DNA of 64,000 bases from Myxococcota bacterium (GTDB taxonomy: Bacteria; Myxococcota_A; UBA9160; SZUA-336). The stretch covers positions 1,920,001-1,984,000 of the forward strand of contig CBDFGR010000003.1 in assembly GCA_965247115.1 (NCBI GenBank), written 5' to 3'. The notes beneath the pieces are model-generated. The model was not told where the DNA came from. It searched no databases and saw only the letters and a program-made list of their open reading frames with translations. Position numbers and translations under genes: made by a program. Shown here piece by piece: positions 1-8,972 of this stretch (its first letter is position 1; every line of letters starts with the position of its first letter).

Positions 1-221
1 ACCGTGAGCAGATCGCCTACCTTTGTCGCCCGGTTCTCAAACGCAAGGAAGCGCCGGGACTCTTCGCCCCGCCATAGCGATCCCTCTGCCGGCTGCGACT
101 CCGGCGGCGCGACCGTGGGCGGCAGCGACAGGGACTCCGCCTTCTCCGGCTCTGCATCCGGACGCGAATGCAGGCAGCTCACCGTGAGGGCTGCGAGTGC
201 GATGATCGTCACCACCCTCAT
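1..221 (-). CDS. flgH: Flagellar L-ring lipoprotein FlgH, 5' part (runs off window edge)
   Basis: Not in the ORF track. ATG at 221 overlaps the flgA stop (ATGA); translates MRVVTIIALAALTVSC (lipobox)...GSLW...FENRATKVGDLLTV, the typical FlgH N-terminus; follows flgA. Confidence 0.85.
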   Translation of the reverse strand, partial: MRVVTIIALAALTVSCLHSRPDAEPEKAESLSLPPTVAPPESQPAEGSLWRGEESRRFLAFENRATKVGDLLT

Positions 222-1177
222 CTGCCACTCCCGACGCCTGGAGCGTTCAGGCGCGCCCTACCCGATCCTGTCACCTCCGCCTGAAAGCGGTAGCGGGTCT
301 TGCGGTTCTCGAAGCGGATCGTCTCACCGAGCCCTCCGGCCTCGAGCGCTCGGGCCTCGAGCTGAACCGATAGACCGGTGCCCTCCGCCACGATGACGAC
401 GGTGTCGCCTCGCTTGACCAGAGGCTCGGAGCGGAGATAGCCGGGAACGAGCGGCGTGCCCGCACCGAGCGCGCGGGCCAGCTGCAGCCCGGTCACATGC
501 TCCGGGTCGCGCAGCACGTTTCTCGGCAGCCCACCCAGCTCGCGTTGCTCGAGTCGCAGGTGTTTCGCCTTCAGGACCGAGCCGCGATGCAGGTCCGTCG
601 TAGTGACCACGACGGGAAGTCTCACGCTCATCTTGACCGATGCGCTGCGCCGGATGCGCGGCGCGTCGTGTGCTTCGGCGAGCTCGATCTCGGCGTGGAC
701 CCGCCGGAGAAAGCTCTCCTCTGGGCGGAAGTGGACGATGACGCGCTGCGCCGGCAGCGCCGCCGCGAACGGTTCTGGAAGTCTCCACGCCGAGAAGCTC
801 ACCGTGGCGTCCGACCACGGCATCCGGTGCCTGATGGCGCGCTCGAGATGGGAGCGGACCAGGTCTGGCGTGATCTCGCGGAACGCCGTGCGGACGTGAA
901 CCTGGTCGGGGACCTCTACGTGAAGCTTGGGATAGAGGCGGTGAATGCGCTGGCGCAGGGTGCTGCCAGAGAAGACCCGCTCGCGTGCAGGCGCGGCCGC
1001 CCGCCCGAGCGACAGCGTCGCGAGGCGATCGTGGAGAGCACTATCGACGCCGCGCAGCTCCGCGATCTCTCCAAGTTTAATCTCGGTGCCCTCGACCGTT
1101 GCGTCACCAGGAATGACGACGACGGCTGCGGGCGTTGCCGCGCCGAGAAGGAACATCAGCGTCAGGAGGGCTCCCAC
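218..1177 (-). CDS. flgA: Flagellar P-ring formation chaperone FlgA
   Basis: Signal peptide; SAF-like region; C-terminal LVKRGDTV...ALEAGGLGETIRFEN; lies between flgG and flgH. Confidence 0.9.
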   Translation of the reverse strand: MGALLTLMFLLGAATPAAVVVIPGDATVEGTEIKLGEIAELRGVDSALHDRLATLSLGRAAAPARERVFSGSTLRQRIHRLYPKLHVEVPDQVHVRTAFREITPDLVRSHLERAIRHRMPWSDATVSFSAWRLPEPFAAALPAQRVIVHFRPEESFLRRVHAEIELAEAHDAPRIRRSASVKMSVRLPVVVTTTDLHRGSVLKAKHLRLEQRELGGLPRNVLRDPEHVTGLQLARALGAGTPLVPGYLRSEPLVKRGDTVVIVAEGTGLSVQLEARALEAGGLGETIRFENRKTRYRFQAEVTGSGRARLNAPGVGSGR

Positions 1178-1179
1178 CG

Positions 1180-1953
1180 CTATCTCTGGGTCACGAAGCG
1201 GAGCATGTCGTCGGCGGCAGAGATCACGCGCGTGTTCGCCTCGAAAGCGCGCTGCGCGATGATCATGCTCACGAGCTCTTCGGCGATGCTCACGTTGGAC
1301 TCCTCGAGGCTGCCCTGCTTCAGCACGCCGAACGCCTCTTCGCCAGGAACCCCCGTGGTGGGAGCTCCGGATGACGCGGTCTCGCGCATCAGGTTTCCCC
1401 CGATGGACTCCAGCCCGCCTGGGTTCTGAAAGCTGCTGAGCTGGAACTGTCCGACCTCGACAGCGGTCGGATTCCCCGGCTGCAGCACGTTCACCCTCCC
1501 GTCTTCCGTGATGGTGATCTGCAGCGTGTCGGTTGGCAGCGTGATGGGGGGATCCAGCAGCAACCCTGCGGGTGTCGTCAGGTTCCCGTCCACGTCAAGA
1601 CGGAACGCTCCGTCGCGGGTGTATGCGGTGTCCCCGTTGAGCTGCCGGACCGCGAAGAGGCCGCCTCCCGCGATCGCGAGGTCTAGAGGCTGGCTCGTCT
1701 CGCGCAGCGGGCCGGGGGTGTGCACGTGGTCCGTCGAGACGATCCGTACGCCGCGTCCGAACTGAAGGCCCGTGGGTGCGCCGCCTTCGGCCGACGGAGA
1801 GCTGATGGTCTCGTAGAACAGGTCCTCGAACGAGGGCCGAATGCGCTTGAACCCCACCGTTCCAAGGTTGGCCAGGTTGTTGGCGACAATGTCGATCCTG
1901 GCCTGCTGCGCCTGGGTCCCCGTGACTGCAGTGAACATGGCCGCGTTGCTCAT
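1180..1953 (-). CDS. flgG: Flagellar basal-body rod protein FlgG
   Basis: ANNLAN, YTRDGAF, QGSLEESNV...EELVSMIIAQRAFEAN rod-protein motifs. Confidence 0.93.
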   Translation of the reverse strand: MSNAAMFTAVTGTQAQQARIDIVANNLANLGTVGFKRIRPSFEDLFYETISSPSAEGGAPTGLQFGRGVRIVSTDHVHTPGPLRETSQPLDLAIAGGGLFAVRQLNGDTAYTRDGAFRLDVDGNLTTPAGLLLDPPITLPTDTLQITITEDGRVNVLQPGNPTAVEVGQFQLSSFQNPGGLESIGGNLMRETASSGAPTTGVPGEEAFGVLKQGSLEESNVSIAEELVSMIIAQRAFEANTRVISAADDMLRFVTQR

Positions 1954-1971
1954 CGATGTGCGATCCTCTCT

Positions 1972-2673
1972 CTAGGTCAGCATCCGGTTGATTACGGCCT
2001 GCGTCAGCTCGTCGTCGATCACCACCGTACGCATGGCTGCTTCGAAGGCGCGTGAGGCCTGGATCAACCCCACCATCTCCGCCGCGAGATTGACGTTGGA
2101 GCTCTCCACGAAGCCGACCGCGACTCCGGGGCTGCTAACGTCTTCGGGCACGGCTCCCCCGACCGCCGCCAGCAAGCTCTCGCCCACTTTTTCGAGCTCG
2201 CTCGCATCGCCGAAGCGAACTTGCCTCAGGCGACCGATGGGTCCGGTTTCCGTCGTCAGGGTGCCATCCCGGGTGAGCTCCGCCCGGGCGCCCTCGGGGA
2301 CTACGAGCGAGCCGCCTTCGCCCTGAACGACGAGACCGTTGGGAAGGACGAGTTGACCGCCCGCATCGATACGGAAGTCGCCACGTCTCGTGTACAGCTC
2401 CGTTCCGTCAGCTCGGGTAACGGCGAAGAAACCGTCACCGTCGATCGCGGCGTGCAGTGGGTTGCTCGTGAGCTGTCGGCTGCCCGGGCTCAGGTCGATG
2501 CGCGAGCTGCTCGCCCGCACGAACGACAGCTGGTTGCCGTAGACGGACTCGAAGTTCGTCTGATGGCGCCGAAAGCCCGCGGTTCCGACGTTCGCCACGT
2601 TGTTGGCGATGACCTCGAGATCTTCGAGGCTTGCGATCGCGCCCGTGTACGCCGCGTAGATACCGTCCGACAT
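1972..2673 (-). CDS. flgF: Flagellar basal-body rod protein FlgF
   Basis: MSDGIY start; IANNVAN, YTRRGDF, ESSNVN; immediately upstream of flgG. Confidence 0.88.
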   Translation of the reverse strand: MSDGIYAAYTGAIASLEDLEVIANNVANVGTAGFRRHQTNFESVYGNQLSFVRASSSRIDLSPGSRQLTSNPLHAAIDGDGFFAVTRADGTELYTRRGDFRIDAGGQLVLPNGLVVQGEGGSLVVPEGARAELTRDGTLTTETGPIGRLRQVRFGDASELEKVGESLLAAVGGAVPEDVSSPGVAVGFVESSNVNLAAEMVGLIQASRAFEAAMRTVVIDDELTQAVINRMLT

Positions 2674-2687
2674 CGCCTGCCGCATGT

Positions 2688-2703
2688 TGCAAGCTCGATG
2701 CCG
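2688..2703 (-). promoter_or_regulatory. Putative sigma54 (-24/-12) promoter for flgFGAH
   Basis: Minus strand CGGCATCGAGCTTGCA = GG-N10-GC matching TGGCAC-N5-TTGCA, in the gap upstream of flgF. Confidence 0.5.
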
Positions 2704-2726
2704 GAAGACCTGTCACATGACGTGCT

Positions 2727-3002
2727 TCAGTGGAGGACGGGTGCCCGGTCTTCGGCGGGAAGGTCTTGCCCGGTGGGAAGGAAGCGACCGCGAACGACGA
2801 GGTCGACGCGGCGTTCCTCGCCATCCGACTGCTCTCGGGGTGGGCGCGGCGCGGGCGCCTGGTGCGACGCGTCTTCGCTGGGCTTCTCCTCGAGCTCAGG
2901 AAACGGACGCCCGCGACGATCCCGCTCGCGGCGATCACTGATCCTCGGGATGACATGGTCGATCCGCTCGATCGTCTCGAGCGGTGCCACGATCGCGATC
3001 AT
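2727..3002 (-). CDS. Small hypothetical protein (91 aa) in the flagellar operon
   Basis: ATG overlaps the HDOD stop (ATGA); fills the gap to flgF; charged low-complexity protein containing RVDLVV. Confidence 0.55.
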   Translation of the reverse strand: MIAIVAPLETIERIDHVIPRISDRRERDRRGRPFPELEEKPSEDASHQAPAPRPPREQSDGEERRVDLVVRGRFLPTGQDLPAEDRAPVLH

Positions 3003-3844
3003 CCGAAGATCGCCTTCTCGGTCTGATAGGCCTCGCGGAACTGGGTCACGAAGCTGTCGAGATCCATCTCCTTGATGCCGAGGAAGTCCGCTCCGAAGCA
3101 CTCCAGGGGCTCGAGCTCCGGGCTGGGCTTCCGACGGCCGTAGCCCTCACGGATGCAGATCCGGTCCGCCACCTGAAGGACGGCAGCCAGAGTCTTTGCG
3201 CCCCCGCTGTCGTCGATCGCTTCGGGGTTGTGGTGCGCACCCACGGCGGAGGCGAGCCGCGAGGGCAGGCTCCACTTGTGCATCACGAGTTCGCCCACTT
3301 CGCAGTGGTCGAAGCCGAACACCTTGTGCTCGACGTCGATCGGATCGGGGTTGTCCGCGTAGACCTCGCGCATCACCTCCTGATAGCGAGGCTCGTCCTG
3401 GGAGTGCATGACGAGTTTCCCCACGTCGTGCACCAGACCTCCGATGAAGAGCTCGTCTGAGGCGAGGCCGCCGACCTCGCGGGCCAGCATGTTCGTGGCA
3501 ACGGCCGCGGCGACTGCGTGCTCCCACAGTAGGCGCTCCGCGAGTCCGAAGCGTGCGAACACGTCCTTCATGGACGCAGCGATGACGACGCTCCGGAGTG
3601 TGGAATAGCCGAGCAGCAGGATCGACTGCTGAAGCGTCTCGATCTTTCGGGGCATCGAGTAGAACGAGGAGTTCGCAATCCTCAAGACCCGGACCGCGAG
3701 CGAGGCGTCGCTCGAGATCAGCTGGGCGATGCTCGACAGATCCGTATCCGGATCTTCCGCCTTTCGCATGACCTCGGCGGCAATCGGGGGCATTACCGGC
3801 AGCTCTCTGGCTTCCTGTATGAAATCCTCGGCAGTCTGGGACAT
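2999..3844 (-). CDS. HDOD domain protein
   Basis: LPVMP...ISSDASLAVRVLRIANS...LWEHA...GLVHDVGK...FGFDH...W.LP; SD AGGAG upstream. Confidence 0.92.
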   Translation of the reverse strand: MSQTAEDFIQEARELPVMPPIAAEVMRKAEDPDTDLSSIAQLISSDASLAVRVLRIANSSFYSMPRKIETLQQSILLLGYSTLRSVVIAASMKDVFARFGLAERLLWEHAVAAAVATNMLAREVGGLASDELFIGGLVHDVGKLVMHSQDEPRYQEVMREVYADNPDPIDVEHKVFGFDHCEVGELVMHKWSLPSRLASAVGAHHNPEAIDDSGGAKTLAAVLQVADRICIREGYGRRKPSPELEPLECFGADFLGIKEMDLDSFVTQFREAYQTEKAIFG

Positions 3845-3856
3845 TTCGTCCAGCTC

Positions 3857-5077
3857 CTATCCGTGAAGGACCTTGCGCAGAACCCCGGGAATGTCCAGGG
3901 ACTCGAGGTGGTCGGGCACGGCCTGGCCGTTTGTGACGCACGCGATCGGGCGTCCACCTCGAACGACGCAGTTGTAGAGCTCGCCATAGATGCGCGTCTC
4001 ATCCAGCTTCGTCATGATCAATCGCGACCACGGAAGATCGTTGCAGGCCTCCAGGACCTCGGCGGAGTCCGCGGCTCGAGTTGTGGCAGACATGACCAGC
4101 ATGACTTCCGTATCGCCGGCGGCCTCGATCTGGGCACCCAGATGACGCAGCGATGAAAAGTCTCTGTGTCTGCAACCGGTCGTGTCTACGAAGATGCATT
4201 CCTTGTCTTCGTGGTTCGCGATCGTTCGCGACAGATCGTCGGGGCTGATGGCGATCTCGACCGGGATGGAAAGGATCTCGCCGAAGCGGGCCATCTGCTC
4301 CACCGCCGCGACCCGGTGTACGTCGGTCGTGATGACAAGCACCTGGCCGGGCGACGAGCGCGCCGCGCGGGCCGCCAGCTTTGCGATCGTCGTGGTCTTG
4401 CCCACGCCGGTAGGCCCAATGAAGAGCTGCACACGGCTCGGCCCGGAACCCCGCGCCGCCCGCGAGAGATCCGCCCGCATCTCCGCTGCGAGGTTCAGCT
4501 TGAGCCGGTCCAGATCGCCGATCGCTCCCGCTTCGACCCGAGCCACGACCCGCTGTACGAGGCTGCGCGCGAGGGGCTCGTCGATGCCGCGGCCGATCAG
4601 AAAGTAGAAGAGGCGCTGCGCCGCCGCGCCCTTGGGGTCCGGGCCGATGCCCCCCGATGTGACCAGCGAGGCCAACATGGTCCGGATTTGCGCGAGGTCG
4701 GAGTGCAGGTCGACGGGAGAGTTCCCGGAGCGTTCGTCGAGGGTGCTCACCGTCTCGCGGATCGCGCGGATCTCGTCTAGCACGGGATCGACGGCCTGCT
4801 TGACCGCCCAGATGTCGTGGTAGACGCCGGAGCCGCGCGGCCGTAGTGGCGGGGCGGGGCTGGGGGCGCGCGTACCCGTGATGTCGGGCGGTGCATCCTG
4901 GCTTGTGCTCTCGACTGCGGCCGTCACCTCGAGAACCTTGCGACCGAGCAGGCCGAAGACTCCCCGGTCCCTGCGCACGGATCGACTGGACACGATCACC
5001 GCGTTCGGGCCGAGCTCTTCCTTGACACGTTGCAGTGCCTGCTTCATGTCGACGGCTTCGAAGGTCTTCACCTGCAT
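3857..5077 (-). CDS. flhF: Flagellar biosynthesis SRP-type GTPase FlhF
   Basis: MQVKTFEA..M.QAL..VKEELG N-terminus; GPTGVGKTT, TKLDET, GQAVP; follows flhA. Confidence 0.92.
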   Translation of the reverse strand: MQVKTFEAVDMKQALQRVKEELGPNAVIVSSRSVRRDRGVFGLLGRKVLEVTAAVESTSQDAPPDITGTRAPSPAPPLRPRGSGVYHDIWAVKQAVDPVLDEIRAIRETVSTLDERSGNSPVDLHSDLAQIRTMLASLVTSGGIGPDPKGAAAQRLFYFLIGRGIDEPLARSLVQRVVARVEAGAIGDLDRLKLNLAAEMRADLSRAARGSGPSRVQLFIGPTGVGKTTTIAKLAARAARSSPGQVLVITTDVHRVAAVEQMARFGEILSIPVEIAISPDDLSRTIANHEDKECIFVDTTGCRHRDFSSLRHLGAQIEAAGDTEVMLVMSATTRAADSAEVLEACNDLPWSRLIMTKLDETRIYGELYNCVVRGGRPIACVTNGQAVPDHLESLDIPGVLRKVLHG

Positions 5078-5087
5078 TGGGTGTCCG

Positions 5088-7157
5088 TTACTCCGCGCCG
5101 ATGGTGCCAACTGACTCCACGTGTACATCGGGAGACAGCTCGTTCGCAGAGATCACTGCGGAGCGCGGTAGGAAGCGCTCCGTCATCCTCCGAAGATGAG
5201 GCCGAACATCTGGAGCGCACAGCATGGGTGGGTCCGGATGCATCACGTTCACCTTATCGACCGCAGTACGGACCGCCCCCACGATCTTCGCGATTGCCGC
5301 CGCGTCGAGCGTGACGAGAGTACCGTGCTCGGTACGCTGGATCGACCCTGAGATCATCTGCTCCAAGTCCGTTGAGAGCACTAACAGACCCACCTTGCCA
5401 TCCGGTGCCAGCTGCGCCGATATCTGTGCAGCCAGACGCTCTCGCACGAGTTCGGTCAAAAGCTCAGGGTCTTTAGTCTTTGCTGCATAGTCACCCAACG
5501 CCTCCAGGATCGTCGGTAAGTCGCGCACAGGCACCGACTCCTTGAGCAGGTTCTGCAGCACCTTCTGCACGACGCCGAGCGGCAGCAGATCCGGTACTAC
5601 CTCGCTCACTAGCTTCGGCATGGTCTGCGCGACGGCATCGAGCATTTCCTGTACCTGCTGGCGTCCTAGCAGGTCACACGCGTGACGTCGGATCAGCTCC
5701 GTCAGGTGCGTCACGATGATCGAAGGCGGATCGACGACGGTGTAACCGGAGACCTGCGCGTGGTCCCTTGCATCCTGCTTGATCCAGAACGCCGGAAGAC
5801 CGAAGGTCGGGTCTGTCGTTTCGATGCCGTCCAGCTTCGGCCCACCGCCTGGCGGTCCAATCGCAAGCAAGTGGTCGGAGTAGATGGTACCGCGTCCCAT
5901 GCGTACGCCCCGGACCAGGAGGTTGTACTCCTCCGAGCCGAGCTGGATGTTGTCGCGGATGCGGACGAGAGGGACGGGGAAGCCCATGTTCGTCGTGAAT
6001 TCCCGTCGGAGAGTGCGTATGCGGTCCAGCAGCTCGCCGTTCTTTTTGGGATCTACCAGGTCGATCAGCCCGTAGCCGATGTGCAGCTCGAGCGGGTCGG
6101 GAGGTTGCAGCAAGTCGATCGGGCGCTCGGGGGCGGGCTGGTCGGTCTCCGCCTGCTGCTTCTCGGTCGCCTCCCGCTCCCCGGAGGCACGAGAGAGCTG
6201 GTAGGCACCGATGCCGAGGCCCGCCGAGAGCAGGCCGAAGGAGAGCGTGGGCAGGCCGGGAACGATGGCGAGCATGCCGAGCACCCCGGAGGCAACGGCA
6301 AGCGGGGCCGGACGGTTCCAGAGCTGACTCGCCAAGAGCTCCGTCAGCTCCTCGGTCGATCCGGCCCGGGTCACGATGATACCCGCAGCGACGGAGATGA
6401 GCAGGGAGGGAACGGCGGACACGAGGCCGTCGCCGATGGTCAGGAGCGTGTACGTTGATGCGGCCTCGCCAAGGCCCATGTCGTGCTGCAGCGTCCCGAT
6501 CGCGAGACCACCCAGGATGTTCACGAAGGTGATGAGCAGCCCCGCGATCGCATCGCCCCGGACGAACTTGGCGGCACCGTCCATGGCGCCGTAGAAGTCG
6601 GCCTGCTCCTGGATCTCGCGGCGGCGCTTCACCGCCTCTGCTTCGTTGATGGTTCCGGCGTTGAGATCGGCGTCGATCGCCATCTGCTTGCCGGGCATGG
6701 CGTCGAGGGTGAAGCGCGCGGCTACCTCCGCGATGCGCCCCGTACCCTTGGTGATGACGACGAAGTTGATGATCACGAAGAGAGCGAAGACGACGATCCC
6801 TACCGTGAAGCTGCCTCCGACGACGAATTGACCGAAAGCCTCGATCACGTTGCCGGCTGCGGACACACCCTGATCGCCCTCCAGCAGGATGAGGCGGGTC
6901 GATGCGATGTTCAGGGCGAGTCGGTACAGGGTCGCGAGCAGCAGGATGGTCGGGAAGGAGGAGAGCTCGAGCGGGTTCCTGGCGTAGAGCGCCACCAGGA
7001 GGATCAAGAGCGCGATCGCGAGGTTCACGCTCAGGCCCAGGTCGAGGATGAGCGGAGGAAGGGAAACGAGGAGGATCCCGAGGATCGCGATCACCCCGAT
7101 GCCGAGGCCGAGCTGTCCGCGCAGGCCTGCCTGATGCTCCTCTGTGCTGGCTACCAC
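5088..7157 (-). CDS. flhA: Flagellar export protein FlhA
   Basis: RIAEVAARFTLDAMPGKQMAIDADLNAG; FYGAMDGAAKFVRGDAIAG. Confidence 0.97.
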   Translation of the reverse strand: MVASTEEHQAGLRGQLGLGIGVIAILGILLVSLPPLILDLGLSVNLAIALLILLVALYARNPLELSSFPTILLLATLYRLALNIASTRLILLEGDQGVSAAGNVIEAFGQFVVGGSFTVGIVVFALFVIINFVVITKGTGRIAEVAARFTLDAMPGKQMAIDADLNAGTINEAEAVKRRREIQEQADFYGAMDGAAKFVRGDAIAGLLITFVNILGGLAIGTLQHDMGLGEAASTYTLLTIGDGLVSAVPSLLISVAAGIIVTRAGSTEELTELLASQLWNRPAPLAVASGVLGMLAIVPGLPTLSFGLLSAGLGIGAYQLSRASGEREATEKQQAETDQPAPERPIDLLQPPDPLELHIGYGLIDLVDPKKNGELLDRIRTLRREFTTNMGFPVPLVRIRDNIQLGSEEYNLLVRGVRMGRGTIYSDHLLAIGPPGGGPKLDGIETTDPTFGLPAFWIKQDARDHAQVSGYTVVDPPSIIVTHLTELIRRHACDLLGRQQVQEMLDAVAQTMPKLVSEVVPDLLPLGVVQKVLQNLLKESVPVRDLPTILEALGDYAAKTKDPELLTELVRERLAAQISAQLAPDGKVGLLVLSTDLEQMISGSIQRTEHGTLVTLDAAAIAKIVGAVRTAVDKVNVMHPDPPMLCAPDVRPHLRRMTERFLPRSAVISANELSPDVHVESVGTIGAE

Positions 7158-8215
7158 GCCAGACCTCTACTCCGGTCGAGGCGATACACGTAGGCGAGGA
7201 CCTCCGCGACGATCTCGTACAGGCGCTCCGGAACCGATTCGCCGACCCGCACCGAGCGGTACAGGGCTCGCGCTAGGAGAGGGTTCTCGACGATCGGGAC
7301 GCCGGCTTCCCGCGCGATGTCGCGGATGCGGAATGCGAGGAAGCCTCCGCCCTTGGCGACGACTCTGGGAGCGAACATCTCCCCGCGCTTGTAGCTGAGC
7401 GCAACGCTGATGTGCTCGGGGTTCGTCACCACGACATCGGCCTTTGGCACGGCATCCATCATGCGTTCGCGCGCGCGTTCGAGCTGAAGGCTCAGCATGT
7501 GGGCGCGCATCATCGGGTCGCCCATCGACTGCCGCATCTCGTCTTTGACCTCGCTCTTGCTCATCTTGAGGCCCTTCTCGTTCTTCCAGAACATGTAGGC
7601 GTAGTCGATGACGGCGACGATGATGAGCGCGAGGGTGCCGACCAGGAGGGCCTTGAGCACGACCCAGAGCTGGAAGCTGATGATCTGGAACAGGGGCAGC
7701 CGCGGCAGGCCGCGGTACTCGTCGATGTTCGTGGAGATCGCGTAGGTAACCGCGACCACGACGATGACGAGCTTGATCAGGGACTTCGGGAGCTCGATCG
7801 GACCGCTTGTCTTTACGATCCGCTTAATGTTCTTGAGCGGACTCAGCTTGTCTGACTTCGGCTTGAGGCGCTCCGTCGAGATGTTTCCCCGCGTCTGGAT
7901 CAGACCGCCGATCAGCGCCGCCACCACGGTGGCCGCGAGGATGGGGATGAGGACGGCGATGCCACCCGAGAACGCGATGCGTAGCAGCTCCATGGCCGCG
8001 GCTGGGTCGAGCTCCACACGGGGTTGCCAGATGATCGGCACGCGCGCCAGCGCCTCGCGCAAGGGCCCCTCACGGAGGAGCATGAGGGTGAGCGTTACGC
8101 CGAGCAGGTTCGCGACGACCATCACCTCTCGGCTGACGGCGATCTGTCCCTTCTTGCGGGCCTGCTGCCTGCGCCGCGGGGTGGGATCTTCGGTGCGCTC
8201 TACGTCCTCCGCCAT
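7151..8215 (-). CDS. flhB: Flagellar export protein FlhB
   Basis: RTEDPTPRR...ARKKGQ; autocleavage-type loop VVTNPEH; VPIVENPLLARALY. Confidence 0.95.
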   Translation of the reverse strand: MAEDVERTEDPTPRRRQQARKKGQIAVSREVMVVANLLGVTLTLMLLREGPLREALARVPIIWQPRVELDPAAAMELLRIAFSGGIAVLIPILAATVVAALIGGLIQTRGNISTERLKPKSDKLSPLKNIKRIVKTSGPIELPKSLIKLVIVVVAVTYAISTNIDEYRGLPRLPLFQIISFQLWVVLKALLVGTLALIIVAVIDYAYMFWKNEKGLKMSKSEVKDEMRQSMGDPMMRAHMLSLQLERARERMMDAVPKADVVVTNPEHISVALSYKRGEMFAPRVVAKGGGFLAFRIRDIAREAGVPIVENPLLARALYRSVRVGESVPERLYEIVAEVLAYVYRLDRSRGLAW

Positions 8216-8218
8216 CTG

Positions 8219-8959
8219 CTAGCCCCCGACGAGCCTCGCGATGTCGAGCTCGAGCGTGCTGAAGGCGCCCATGAAGTACGAGGCGGCCTCCGGAATCGTG
8301 AGCAGAACGGCGAAGTAGCCGGCCATGGCACTGAGCGGGAAGCCGATGTTGAAGATCGACATCTGGGGGATCACGCGGTTGATCAAGCCGAGGACCACGT
8401 TGATCAGGAGCATGATCCCCGTCACTGGTCCCGCGATGCGCGCCCCGGCCTCCCACATTGTGCCCCCGGACGCGAACATCAGCTGCGTCAGCTGATCGGT
8501 CTGCAGTAGCGCTCCCACGGGAAAGGTCTCGAAGCTTGTCGCCAGGCCCCGGATCAGCATGTGATGGCCGTCGAGCAAGAGGAAAATCAAGCCGACCATG
8601 TTCACGTAGAGGGTGCCGAGCACTCCGGTCTGTCGGTTCGACTCCGGGTCGAGAACGTTGGCCATGGCCAGGCCCATCTGGTAGCCCATCATGGTTCCCG
8701 CGATCTGAAAGCTGGCGAAGATAAAACGCGCCAGCAGGCCGATCGCAAAGCCCACGGCCAGCTCGCCCACCATCGCCACCATCACCGCGAAGCCATCTTC
8801 GGGAAGCTGCTCTGGCATCGCCGCGGGCATGAGAAGGGGCGAGAGCATGGCGGCGAGCAGCATGCGAAAACGAAACGGGATGCCGCGCCGCATGAAGATG
8901 GGTGCGCCGAGGAAGAGCCCGAAGAGGCGAGTGAGCACGAGCGCGAAGAGAACGATCAC
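8219..8959 (-). CDS. fliR: Flagellar export protein FliR
   Basis: Hydrophobic; GTMMGYQMGL, LDGHH, RVIPQMSIF.IGFP; GTG start with AGGAG SD 6 nt upstream. Confidence 0.92.
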   Translation of the reverse strand: MIVLFALVLTRLFGLFLGAPIFMRRGIPFRFRMLLAAMLSPLLMPAAMPEQLPEDGFAVMVAMVGELAVGFAIGLLARFIFASFQIAGTMMGYQMGLAMANVLDPESNRQTGVLGTLYVNMVGLIFLLLDGHHMLIRGLATSFETFPVGALLQTDQLTQLMFASGGTMWEAGARIAGPVTGIMLLINVVLGLINRVIPQMSIFNIGFPLSAMAGYFAVLLTIPEAASYFMGAFSTLELDIARLVGG

Positions 8960-8972
8960 TCCGCGCTCCTAG

